From contig OX597821.1 in NCBI GenBank assembly GCA_951406725.2, positions 10,602,001 to 10,666,000 on the forward strand: a stretch of 64,000 nt of DNA. The letters run 5' to 3'. The notes beneath the pieces were generated by a model. The model made no database searches. It was not told the DNA's origin and was given only the letters and a program-made list of their open reading frames with translations. The DNA is from Octopus vulgaris (taxonomy: Eukaryota). Positions 41,446 through 56,531 of this stretch are shown piece by piece (positions within the stretch are counted from its first letter, which is position 1; each line of letters opens with the position of its first letter). Position numbers and translations under genes: made by a program.

Positions 41446-43129
41446 GAAGTATACACACATATACATACATGTATATATATATATGTGTATGTGTGCGTTT
41501 GTGTGTATATATGTCCGGTATGTATTTATGCATGTGTGCGTGTAGTCTGTGTATATTTACATGCATATATGTTAAATTTTCCCTGAATACATTTACAAGC
41601 AAATCATCTTGCAAATATTTGGTGTTTAAACCTAAAGAGTCCTTCTTCGGTACCAAAAAGCTTACATATATTTTGACATACTCGCATTTGTTTCAAGCAT
41701 TTTAGCTTGTCTTGTATTATTTATCTTTTGATTAATCGTGTATTCTCTTCTCATATCTTATATAAGCAATACTGCTCAGTGTGAGAGATTACTTTTAGAG
41801 TTTCTCCTAAAGACATGCATGAAATAAGCACTGATTTACCCCATTTCTTTACTGAATTGGTGGTTACTATCTCTAGTTTTATATTGCAAACTAAATTTCT
41901 TCTGCACCGTGATAGTTAAGTTACAAAACAAATGTCTTTATTTTCAAGGAAATTGATAATACTGCCTATTTCTACAACAAACGAGCGAAAATGCTTTTCT
42001 TTGTCATAAGAGTGTTACATGTAAACAGTAGCGATATCCACTCAATGATTTCATGATCAAACAAGGATCAAAATAATATTTATGGTTGGTGTAAAATGCA
42101 ACACAGCTAATCTTATACGCACTTTTTGTGAAGTGGTAATGCATTGGCTTTACATGTCCTATAGGAACGCTTGAACTCAGAGATAGCAGGCAAATATATA
42201 TATATTTACAATTCGCACACATATACCTTAATGTCTATCGTATCAAGCAGTTCGAGGTATTTTAAGCATAAAATGTGGAAGTTAATCATGACGATTAAAT
42301 ACCCGTCTATGCCGCAAAAGGTCATCATATCAGTAAAATGTGTTACCTTTCTATACTTTCAATATCCGTACTATAAGAATATTGACATTCAGAGCAGCAT
42401 ACTATGGCTTATAAACGAGAGTACTCTGTGTTTGAAGTAAATGTTGTTGCAATATTGATGTAGACATTTAAAAAAAATATAATTCTCAAAAATGATTCGA
42501 ACGCACCTATCCAACAATGCAGGGCAAAATGCAGGTAACAATAAAAATGACACCATGCTTCGAGGTTTGCACAGTATGCAAGAAATTCCACAGAATGAAC
42601 AATCGTAAAGATACAAATAAAAGAAAATGTACATTGACGTAAATTTCACAATTTCTCATACAATTTTAAAAAGTCACCAGTGAAATGTTCCTGTCAAGTT
42701 GTGAATAAAATTAAACCAGAGACTTCAGATACTTATCCGGGATTGAGGAAAGAGTTTATGCACACCAGAGTAAGCAGTCGCAGAGAAAATCTCAGCATTA
42801 TGTTGAATATGGATGAAAAAGAAATTAACGACGCCGATTGATGAAGTATCTGCCGTATTATTCCTAGTGTTATTAAAACACTTAGATATGTGATTACCTG
42901 CTTTAGTAACAACACTGAGAATGTCAGTTTCTCTATATCAGCTAGAACATACTTAATTAAGTTATTACAGCTACAATCCATGAAAGTGAACATCAAAGTA
43001 TCTCAGACAGTCGAGAATTATATCACGAAATAACTGTATAGACTCACATGTACAATGCTATCCAAACTTCCATTGTTATCTTTCTTTGCACATAGATATG
43101 TTTATCCATGTTACTGTGGACAGCCGTTT

Positions 43130-43300
43130 ACTTTTAAGCGTTACGTTCTGAGTTCAAATTCCGCCGAGGTAGACTTTGCCTTTCATCCTTTCGGGGTCGA
43201 TAAATAAAAGTAACAGTTTCGCACTGGGGTCGATGTAATCGACTTAATCCCTTTGTCTGTCCTTGTTTGTCCTCTCTATGTTTAGCCCCTTGTGGGCAAT
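43130..43300 (+). mobile_element. Meta-like SINE, 5'-truncated
   Basis: Close match to 2785-2945. Confidence 0.9.
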
Positions 43301-43373
<73 letters not shown>

Positions 43374-44159
43374 ATATATATGCAGAGTGAGAGAGAGAGG
43401 GGCAGAGAGGGAGATGACAACATTGTTATCCGACTTCCAGTCTAAGATTCGTGTTTCTACTTTCCAAACCGTTTCTTTCTCTACTTGAGAGAATGTCGAA
43501 ATATTACACTAGAGAAATTCACATATTGCAAGGAAGGTTAAATTTTCACAACTTTTCATGAGCAGCTCACAAACTGCAATTTAAAAATATTATTCGCAAC
43601 GTTATTATTTCAAATCTCGTGATTTGTCACGTTATGGAAATGTTCTTCAATATACACAGATACGATCCTTGAATTCCAATGAGTGCACGGTTTTACTAGA
43701 TTTACTTGAAATGTATTATTAATAGATTATTAGCCATCTCTTCTTTTGCTGTGTAACCTTTTGCCACATCATTTCAGTAACAAAGAAAATATAGCATGCG
43801 TATTAAAAATTTCGGACATAAATGAAAAAAAGTTTTGTGAACAGAATGTAACTGATATAAAATACTCGCGTGAAGGTGAATGAATTAATGTGTGATACAT
43901 GTAGATAACACGAATTACTGTGATTTATTAGCCCAATTAATATTTCTGAATCATGGTAGAATGCATGAGCATGATATATACGTGTAATACCTCTCATATA
44001 TATATTCAATATATACAAGAAATGTTTAGGATTTGTCGATTCCCTAAGGGAAAGATAGATCGATACGTATGTGACAAAGTATCTTCAATATTATGTATTT
44101 CATGATTCATTGTTGTTAGTGTTTGAGTTGAATCTGAAAAAAGTGATAATTATTTAAAA

Positions 44160-44650
44160 AATTTAAGATGTCTCGATGTCTGTCAGCATGATGTCGTTTA
44201 CCGTTACGCTTCATTTATTGCACCTAAACACCTGCAAAAAAAATATGAGCAAGGAGAAAATTGCAGAGAGCTGGCATTCTTCAGAGAAGGTTCTTAACAA
44301 ATTGGTAACTGAAGGGCCGGATGGATTAAATGCAAGTAGGGTATCACAAGATAAGCATGGTTGTGTAAATCCGTCCCAGTCTCTGGGAGTCAATGAAATT
44401 GTCAAGGTGTTGAAAGCTTTGTCATTTTTTTTATCGGAAGTGATCTAGTAAAGGGGAAAGTAAGCCTCATAGTAGGATGAGATGGAGAGATTTTACTGAG
44501 GTTCAAAATGGTGAATTTCTATCATATAATTAGCTGTGTCTCATGAGCAGAGTTAAAACCTCTGTGCCACTAAACATATGTTGCATAAACCTCGTATATC
44601 CACGTTAGTTTATATAGTAAGTATTACCTTAATGCGATAAAGCAATTATT
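44160..44650 (-). mobile_element. Possible Penelope-like linker relic
   Basis: DTLLAFNPSGPSVTNLL..LSAIFS..VFRCNK..VNDIM loosely matches the PLE linker PLVLTYHP..IFS..FKRxKNLxDxLV. Confidence 0.35.
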
Positions 44651-46301
44651 GGAAGGTCTGATAGGTACAAAAGATGGAACTACATTGGGAAGAAATTTCA
44701 GAATCGAAATAATAAGCAATACGCTCAAGCTTTTCTGCCAATATTTCGCTCAGAATAACAAAATGTACGATACAAGACGAAACACAAAATTTCGTTGGAC
44801 ACCAGAGGGCACATTGAAGTTTATTCTGACATGATATGGCGATTTATTTCTGACAAATGTATCGATAAATAATAGTAAAAATCTTACTGAAATAACCGCT
44901 GAGCTGTTGCTTACTTCAATTTGTCTGGTGTCAATAGTTTAAAGTTGAATATAAGCAAACATTTGTTCCATTGTTAGGAAGACACAAAATTCCTGACAAA
45001 ATTATTTTACGTCTCTTACCATCTCTTATTTGCATCTTTCTACTTTCTTTCTAGTCATAATCCCCGTTCCTGTTTCACAAATTCCCCGTTGCGTGTTTTT
45101 ACAGATGTATTCCCTCTTAAATAGATAACTTTTTTCCTGAGTTCGAACAGAATATAGGTGACAACAAAATCGCATTATGTTTGTGAACATAACTGGCAAG
45201 ATAACAACTTGCTGGGAATTTTTAACAAAACTAATCAGTCTTTATCTACTAAAAACTCATCTCGTCACACCTTGTCTTATATATGATTTTTACGATATAT
45301 AACTGACTTGATAAAAAGAAGCAGCCTCGCTACTAATGAGAAAACTAGAATAAAATTCTATTGTGTAAGTTTATAAAAAAAAACCTATTGGGAAAAATTT
45401 ACAAGATACAAATGAAAAAGCTAAGGTTACAGTCATCATCTATTTATTACAATCCGTGGGTAAAGACTGTATATGCAGATTTTAATGAGACTTTTAAAAA
45501 CACATTTTAAAGTGGTGAACACATTCGGTCTGTTACAGCAGAGCAAAGAATATTGAATTCTAGTGATGGATTCTCTACCCCACAAGGCGTTGAGTGTTTA
45601 GTTTATCCGCAAGTGGATTCGAACTCATAAAATTCAACAGTAAGCAGCTGAGTATTCCAAAACCACATGTGTCAATAACATACTTTTTTGTCTCAATAAG
45701 ATACACAAGGATAACTAAGCTACAAGCATTGTATGTGATGTAGTTTTCTTAAAAGAAACTCAACGATAGTAAGCAATCGACTTCAATATTGGACGGGTTA
45801 CTTTATTTAACATTCACGTAGGATGAAAAACTATGATGACACCAGAGCTTAAAGAAACTGATTTTCTCAGATGCTGAGCTGACGTTGCTGATTATATGAA
45901 TTTAGTGCTTCGTATACTTCATCGATCAAAGGAAGATGAATAAGTTTTAGCGATTGAAAATTAGAAAACATGACGTTTACCTTACATCAGGATACGCTTT
46001 ATGAGGTGTTGCATTTTATGCTGCTCCACAGCTCTGGTATTCCAATAGTCTTTGCAAACAACACCCCTCGGATTTTTCTTGTATATCCCACTACATTACC
46101 ACTGCACCAGAAACTACGAAAGACTGTATTTCCATGTTTTATAAAATCCAATATTTTACTTTCTTTATTGTTCTGACCACGTAGAAGCAGAGGTACATTA
46201 TATACAGTATACTTATGTACCCATAGGGCTTAGTTTGAAAAAATATGCAGCGGGTATACAAATATTTTATAGATTTTCTATGTAAGATTACAATCATTAA
46301 G

Positions 46302-46338
<37 letters not shown>

Positions 46339-46409
46339 TATCTGTCTCTCTTTCTTTATCTCTCTCTTACTCTGTTTCTCGGCATATGTGTGTGCGCGCA
46401 TGCGCGTGT

Positions 46410-47336
<927 letters not shown>

Positions 47337-47365
47337 ATATACATACATACATACGTAAATATATA

Positions 47366-47588
47366 CAGGGTTGGTCAAAAGTCACCGAGAGTAAATCAAA
47401 TTTCCATAAGGACTTAATATTTAATTATATTTTATCATTAGTGTTATGAATGTTTAATAAGTGAATGTTGCGAGTTAAATCACGCTGTATTTATATGCTT
47501 TTATTAAACATATTTAGTTGTTAAACGTAAATAAATCTTTGAATTAAATAGTTTTGACCTAATGCCAGGTGACTTTTCGCCAACATTG
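47366..47588. mobile_element. Tc1/mariner-type MITE
   Basis: TA|CAGGGTTGGTCAAAAGTCACC ... GGTGACTTTTCGCCAACATTG|TA; imperfect 21-bp TIRs, AT-rich interior. Confidence 0.75.
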
Positions 47589-47810
47589 TATATATCTATA
47601 TATATATGTAAAACACCTTCAGTAAAATATGACTCCATATGAGATAAATATAGATGAGCAAATTAATCTGGTTTACTGGTTTCACATCTCAGTAAAATTT
47701 CGGCACCGTTAATTAATTTGATAACTCTTATGAAGTGCTATGATATGAGTTAACAATCTTAGAATGCTTGTCTCTACAATCTATTTCTCACCCTCCGATG
47801 TTATCTTAAT

Positions 47811-47935
47811 CTTCTTCTTCTCCTTCTTCTTCTTCTTCTTCTTCTTCTTCTTCTTCTTCTTCTTCTTCTTCTTCTTCTTCTTCTTCTTCTTCTTCTTCTT
47901 CTTCTTCTTCTTCTTCTTCTTCTTCTTCTTCTTTC
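47811..47935. repeat. (TTC)n microsatellite
   Basis: Visible directly in the sequence. Confidence 0.97.
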
Positions 47936-48021
47936 TCTTCCTCCTCCTCCTTCTCATCCTTTTCTTAATTCTCTTTTCCTCCCTCCTCTTCTTCTTCTAC
48001 CTCTAAGGAAAACATATATAA

Positions 48022-48148
<127 letters not shown>

Positions 48149-48268
48149 CAATTAAGGATAACTTCTTAATAAGGAATCTTAACAAGAAATTATCAGGTAG
48201 ATAGCGTGAAAAACCTCATGAGAGAAAAAAATTTCGAAAAAAATTATTTCCTATAGAACATATTAATT

Positions 48269-49131
<863 letters not shown>

Positions 49132-49224
49132 TGGGTCTTGGCCGTGTTGGCTGTTATTTCTAGCATGTAAAATTACCTGTTAAAGGGTAATTTTCTATTT
49201 TGAAATACAAATATGTTGTCTATT

Positions 49225-49315
<91 letters not shown>

Positions 49316-50017
49316 GACAGGGAGAGAGAGAAAGAGTTAAGATCTCAGTAAAATTTCGGTGTCATTAATGTGTGGGTACAGGACGTCACCAACTGAAATA
49401 CTTAAGCAAACGAGTTAAATACGCAAACAACGAGGGGCGAAATGGTAAACAGGAGAAGTAAACCCATAGAAACGACCCTTCATGGCTGGTCGCCTTTCTA
49501 TCTACTCCTCATTTCGAGCATTCAGTGACAATATGAGACTCTCGCATAAATGTATGTAGAGTCAAATTTGGGGACAAAAAGAGGACAGTTGAGACATGCA
49601 AGGAAAATGAATGAAACCAAACGTGTAAGGTGGTTAGACCAGAACGAGCGGTAAATAGTAAACGGTAGGAGAAATATTTTCTTGGAATGAGAAAAGATAG
49701 GAGAGAGAGAAAAAAAAACACCCAGTCCCTTGAACGTCCGTGCAGGGAAAGGGAGATGCTTACGTGAGGAAAAGAAAGACGGACGATGGTCACACGTGAG
49801 CAACGAGAGAGAGGGAAAGAAAAGCGGGAGAGAGAGAGAGATAGATAGAAAACTGTGAAAGAGGGAGAAGGGAAGAAAGGAAATTAGAAAAGGACGGAGA
49901 AAGGAAACAGCACAGAGTAGAGTTGCAGCTAAAATTGGAAATGAATGCGTGGATTTCAATTAAATGATAATATAAATAATATATACGCATATATGTATGT
50001 ATCTAAGTATGCATATG

Positions 50018-50095
<78 letters not shown>

Positions 50096-50723
50096 TGTGT
50101 GTGTCTGCATGTGTGTGAACGTATGTATGTATGTCAGTGTGTCTATATATGTAATTATATATATATATTTATATATATATATATATAGTGAGAGAGAAAG
50201 AGAGAGAGGCAGATAGATAGATAGATAGATACGTAGATATATGCATATATATATATATACAGATGGATAGATACATACATATGTACGTAAATGCATACAT
50301 ACACACATACGACAAACATACACATATACAAACATATTCATGAGTACGCGTCTTAATTACAAGTAAGCAAACGTTTAACTAGCGAGTGGTATTCAATTTC
50401 ACGACTGATTGAAGTAATTAAGATTAGTCGAAGAGACTTCATTTGGGTTTGCTTTAGTAGAGAGACGATCAAAAAAGGAGGTATACTCGGATGTCTTCAA
50501 ACTTTTGAAAGAGACAGCACGATGTAAGAAAACATTGACAAACGGAAAATATGTCTGCTCACGATTCGTATAATACGTATTGTTTTTACTACTTAAGCAA
50601 CCCGTAAAAGAGTGATATAAGTTTGTGTGCCAACTTACCTATTTCGCTCTTCTGTGTATACCTGTATACATATAAACACACAGCGAACCGAACACCCCCG
50701 CATGCACCCACAGTAACAAACAG

Positions 50724-50756
<33 letters not shown>

Positions 50757-51497
50757 TGCGTATAAGGCCATGCAAACACACACGGACACGCACACACATG
50801 CAAACACAGAGAGACATACACATGCACGCAGTGAGAGAGAAAGAGACAGCCAAAAAAGAGATAGAGATAGAGAGAGAGAGAGAGACGCACACATACACAT
50901 ACACGCACAAACAAAGAAACAGACAATACCTCACAAATATCATACGAAGATCAAATATCAAAATATGAAAAGATAAGATAATTTAATTGTGAATACTTCT
51001 ACCATCACGCCAAGTGAAATTGAGAAAGCCGTTATATTTCAGACAGATTTCCTTCCGATAACAGTAAAAGGAAGACAGATTTAGAAAGTCTTTGGTGGGG
51101 GACGGGGAATAGGAAGAACATAAAGTGAAAACAAATTAAGCAGAAAATGCGATGCCGGCAATATGGAGCGTTTCAATACAAAAAAAATGTATACAAGGAC
51201 ACATATGTATGTTTATTCGTGACTGGGTTTGTTTGTGTATGTATGTGTTGTGAATAGGAAAGTATATTGTGTGTTGCGTGTCATATAGTGAGTATGTGTT
51301 TATGTATGTTTCTTATACATTCATGCCGGGCATGCATGTGTGTGTGTACGTATGATGCACATCTTTGCATGCAATTGACGATACAAATGTGTGTTTGCAT
51401 ATTGCATTTTCAGTGTGTGTCCGCGTACCTACATTGCAGAACGATATCTACTGCAAGGCGAAAGAAGTGTTATGTACATATATGAACAGATTTATGT

Positions 51498-51538
<41 letters not shown>

Positions 51539-51663
51539 TTATTATTATTTGAGGGAATAAAATCCAAACTTACATGGAAAAAAATTCAATTTAGAAATAC
51601 TAAATGGATTTTAATTGTCCATTTTGAATTGATAAAACGTGTTTTTTCCTAAATTATATATGT

Positions 51664-51737
<74 letters not shown>

Positions 51738-52143
51738 AGTGTGTGTGTGTGTGTGTGTTTGTGTCAATATATTTTCATGTTTATATAAATCTGTACAGAA
51801 TGTTTCAAATAAAACATTAGCAAGTTCTTCTAGTTTGTGTAATGCAGACTTGGAGGGGTGGTCAAGAATCTCGCTTTACAACCAGATTCACACACTGCAC
51901 TAGATCGAGCCGGTGACTTCTTCTATTGTACCAAGCTGACATTTAACTCACAAATGGAACGTTGTGGAATCCTGTTGTTTTTTCTGTCTGTCTATCTATT
52001 GAAATAATGTGGCAAAATGTTAGCCAGCAACAAAAGAGATGGCTAATAAATTATTAATAATACATTTCAAGTATATGTATGCATGTATGAATGTATGTAT
52101 GTATGTATGTATATATGTGGGTGTGTGAGAGAGAGAGAGAGAG

Positions 52144-52204
<61 letters not shown>

Positions 52205-52211
<7 letters not shown>

Positions 52212-52400
52212 TGTGTGTGTCTGTATCGCCGCTTGACATGTGATGTTGAATTTTTTTCCTCCATCATAAGTTAATACGTTGGCATTAGAAACCGATAGAG
52301 TATTAAGCTGACTTTAAAAACATTGGGGACGATTTTCTCGGCTAAATGCTACAAGGCAGTGACCTACTATGACTGCATACCAATAATTTAATCAAGCCCA
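52205..52400 (+). mobile_element. Decayed SINE family A 3' half
   Basis: cgcttgaca..gatgttg...ccgatagagtattaag...ggggacgatttt.tcggctaaa...aaggcagtg. Confidence 0.55.
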
Positions 52401-55119
52401 AAATAATTGATAAAACATACGTTGCAAGAGTTCGTTCTGACATATACGTAGCCTGTATAATTTTACTCCATTTGACGCCTTATATACCTGTATCAAATGA
52501 ATTTGCTCATTCCTTACACAAACGTCCGTCGGGGAATTCTTGTTAGGTAAACGACGATTAATTGTGTATTCCATTCTATGGGACACTGAAGGAGAATGAA
52601 GTCTGAAATACCAGAACGAAATTAGCTAAATTATTTATCTGAAACACAAAATACACATCTAAGTTAGCGCAGGAAGAATATCACCTTACTCTCCCTCTCT
52701 CTATTTGTGTTGTTTGGTTTTGTTTTTTTTTTGGTGGGGGCATAAATTCACTAAATGCATTTTATTATATTTCCATTGATATTGTGTAATTAGTTTCGCT
52801 TTCTTTCTTATGAATTAGTAAAGTATTTTTCTCCAATTAGTTGATGTCAGATAATTAGAGATTATAGGCCATCTATTGCTAAATTAAGAAACATCACTAT
52901 CTCGTGTTGACCAAAATCATGTAAGTAAAAAGTTGATCTACGGGCGTTGTGTGGAATGCCTTAAAAAGAAATTATAGTTCAAAAGGCTGCCTTGTGACAC
53001 GCTATGGTTCGAAATATTTTCTGGGCATTGCATGTGTGAGATGGTCTACTTGAAAATCAATTTTGGATGCCTAAGTTACCAGAATAAATTCGGTGGACGC
53101 AATTATACAAATATCTGAATGCATTTATATAAGCATTTCAGATGTTTTTATTAGCATTCTTTGGTCTTGATGATGTACTAAATTGTGTGGACAACTGAAT
53201 AGCTCAGAAGTGCCAGAGTATTCCACAGACACTACTAAACTTAATGTTGTTCTACAGATGAACAAGTGTAATATAGTGAACATTAGGCAGAGAGATAGAG
53301 AAATAGTGACAGGAATAGAGAGTAGAGTAAAACCGATGAATTGAAACAAATGTATTAATACTTATTCATCAAGAAAGCAATTGTTAGAGATAAGAAAAAA
53401 ACGTTACATGTAATTTAAATTTCGATGACACATAAACCTGAAAAGCATTTAACTGAATTTCCTTATTTGCCGACTTATTGACAGTATTATAGATAGGTAT
53501 ATGTGCAAACACTGAATAAGCAAAACGACGACAAACACCAACAGGAAGCAAATCTGATTGGCTACCTGTTTAATGATATATGTAGGCTATGAAAATACGT
53601 ATTTTAAACAATAGGAATTCATTAACGGTTCAACTAATAATATCTGTGTATGATTTGTCAATTTATTCTCTTCTCTTTGCATTATGCAGCACTTATCTAA
53701 AGCGTATATGTTCGTCTCCTATCTACATTATATATGGTAATCATATCCTGCTATACATATCATAAATTACTAAATCTTCGCGATAGATCAATACGTAAGA
53801 TTGTCGCTGTTTACTTAAACATTTATTCACGAAAGTCTGTAGAAATCATTTCTAATATAACTTTACATTTGGGATTGTAAATTCATTCGTATACATACTC
53901 GTATGCCTAAACAATCGTATACCAATATATAGCCCCATATATTCATACATATACTGTACTATGTATACACGCAAACAACCATATGTATATGTATATATAC
54001 ATGCATATATTACACATACATCTATATGCATTCATACATACATACATATATATATATATTCATACACCCACATATATATATACATACATAAACATACACA
54101 CATGCATACGCATACGCAAAGCCAAACACGCACACAGACACACACACAGACGCACACATACACACACACACATATATACACACAATTAAGGTATTCCGAG
54201 AAACATGTAATTAATATTCATGTCACTCGATCCTTTCTACAGAAATTTATTGTTGTTTTTGTTATTGTTTTTTTGTTGTTATTGTTGTTGCTCTTTTAGC
54301 CGTTGATGTTGATGTTGTTGTTGTTGTTGTTACAACTGCATTTTGATATTATCAACGGTCATAATGTAAATGAATTCCGATTAAGATTTTATAACTTCAT
54401 GTGTTTTTTTTTTCTCCTTTGATTTGTGTCTGTTTACGCCATTCTGGTGACTCTGGCATCGATATCATTAACCTAATGTACACGGCTCCTGTTGATTTTT
54501 GATGCAACACTTAATTGTATTCCGTATCAATATTGATTCGTGAAATACGTAGTATAAAGTAATATAGTAGCGCTAAAAAATGAAGCAAACAATGTATCTG
54601 ACTTCTGAAAAAAATATATAGGTTTCTGAAAAAGAAGTAGTAACAGGAGAAAAGATATATAATACTTATTTTAATTAATGTAACATAACAGTGTTACTAT
54701 TACAGAGTGAAAACAACAGAAATCCATTTCTGAAATTATAATCAGCAGCGTGCATTAATGCATAATTCAAAAACTAGAAAAGCTGAATTTTCCCTTTTCT
54801 ATTCGCATCTGTTATTGATAATAAAATACAGTAAACGTGGTTAGATAGAAGTGTTGCTGCAGCGGGATGTCAGGAACTGGAGCAATATAGCGAAGTTTTT
54901 GGTTTGTAGCTGTGTTTTGTAGATTTAAAGTGCTTTATATGTGTAAGGGTTTTTCAATACACATATAGTATATATTCCCATGAGTATTACGAGTTATATT
55001 TTGTTGGAGCGTGTGTTGACAATATTGAATTATACAGTTGTAAAATGTTGGGGAAGTCTACATTGACAAAGAATACACACGACAGATTACGTGATTAATT
55101 ATTATTTACATCATACCTT

Positions 55120-55270
55120 ATGAGTAGTTAGGATATTCAGCTCATAATCTTGAAGTCGTGAGTTCAATTTCCAGCAAGACACTCTGTATCACGTTGCCAG
55201 GGTCCACCCACCTGGGAAAAATGCCCGAATTTCAAAGGAGGAGCGGTTTCGCAATTTGTGTTGCGCTGAT
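55120..55270 (+). mobile_element. Decayed tRNA-derived SINE head
   Basis: agtagttagg...gtgagttcaatttcc B-box-like, agcaagacact..tcacgttg. Confidence 0.45.
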
Positions 55271-55396
55271 AACTCTATTAAGTGTACAAGTGACTGTGGA
55301 GTGCCACTTTTATCACATCGTGCTTGAGATTGTCTTGTTTGGGAAATTGAGCTTTTTCAAATATTGCCTTCTATAAGCATACATGCGTACATACAC

Positions 55397-55483
<87 letters not shown>

Positions 55484-55805
55484 TGTAGTGTGCATTTCTG
55501 TATATACACTAACTTAGAAACCTATTTATGTGGCTTGCATGCTTCTGAGTTTCCATGTCTGTAAGAGAGATTCTCTTTTCGTATGTAAAGTGTTTCACAA
55601 ACATTGCCAGTTCAAAAATCAGAATTTACTTTTAAATATCATCACTGAGGCCTTCTGCTAAATGAATGTGATATATTTCTGTACTCTGAAATAAGTGCCT
55701 TCGTTACGAAATCAATCAAAATGATATTTCCGTTAGTGCTCCAAGATAGCCGCATTTAAATGATGAAACTAGTTAAAAAATAGTTTTTTGAATGCGATAG
55801 TCGTT

Positions 55806-56024
55806 TCCTCTTTTACTCTTTTACTATTTTCTGTCATTTGACTGTAGCCATGCTGGAGTACCGCCTCCTTTAGTCGAGTAAATCGACCCCAGGACTTATT
55901 CTCTGTAAGCCTAGTACTTATTCAATCGGTAGTTATGAGGACGCAAACACACCACCATCGGTTGTCAAGCGACGTTGGAGGGACAAAAACAGACACACAA
56001 ATACACACACACACACATACACGA

Positions 56025-56087
<63 letters not shown>

Positions 56088-56487
56088 TAAAAAATGGATT
56101 TAACGCAGGTGTAATCAAATATTTTTACTTTCGACACATGTTTCGAAAATTCCACTGATACTATTCAAAAGAATAAATGGTATAAACTATGCAATCTTCT
56201 CCTCAGGAAAGTGAAAAAAACGAAACTCGTCAATAAGACATTTTAGCAAAAAATGATGGATTTGTATAGCGATAGACAGGACGCTATTAATATTGTCATC
56301 ATGAGGGTAGAAAGAATAATATTTTTTTATAGGCGCAGGAGTGGCTGTGTGGTAAGTATCTTGCTTACCAACCAAATAGTTCCGAGGCTGTAGTAGAAGA
56401 CACCTGCCCAAGGTGCCACGCAGTGGATATGAACCCGGAACTATTTGGTTGGTAAGCAAGCTACTTACCACACAGCCACTCCTGCGC
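55806..56487 (-). mobile_element. SINE family A split by a hammerhead-bearing insert and an inverted duplication
   Basis: 3' half at 55806-56030, head at 56385-56487; intervening 56085-56384. Confidence 0.8.
56127..56212 (-). ncRNA. Type-I hammerhead ribozyme, canonical core, 41-nt stem II insert
   Basis: ACTTTC CTGAGGA GAAGATT [41 nt] AATTTTC GAA ACATGTGT C GAAAGT; all conserved nucleotides present, GUC triplet. Confidence 0.8.
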
Positions 56488-56531
56488 CTATAAAAACAAT
56501 ATTATCCTTTCTACCCTCATGATGACAATAT
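56290..56531. repeat. Inverted duplication of SINE head plus ~40 bp of flank
   Basis: 56290-56384 vs 56435-56531 are near-perfect reverse complements. Confidence 0.92.

Noticed and set aside
42730-43030. Possible RTE-like RT fragment
   Set aside because: Only vague resemblance; the catalytic motif is not recognisable.
52518-52602. Candidate 85-bp exon on the minus strand (tttcag ... gtaagg, open frames)
   Set aside because: Splice-like signals are common by chance; no recognisable protein and no partner exons.
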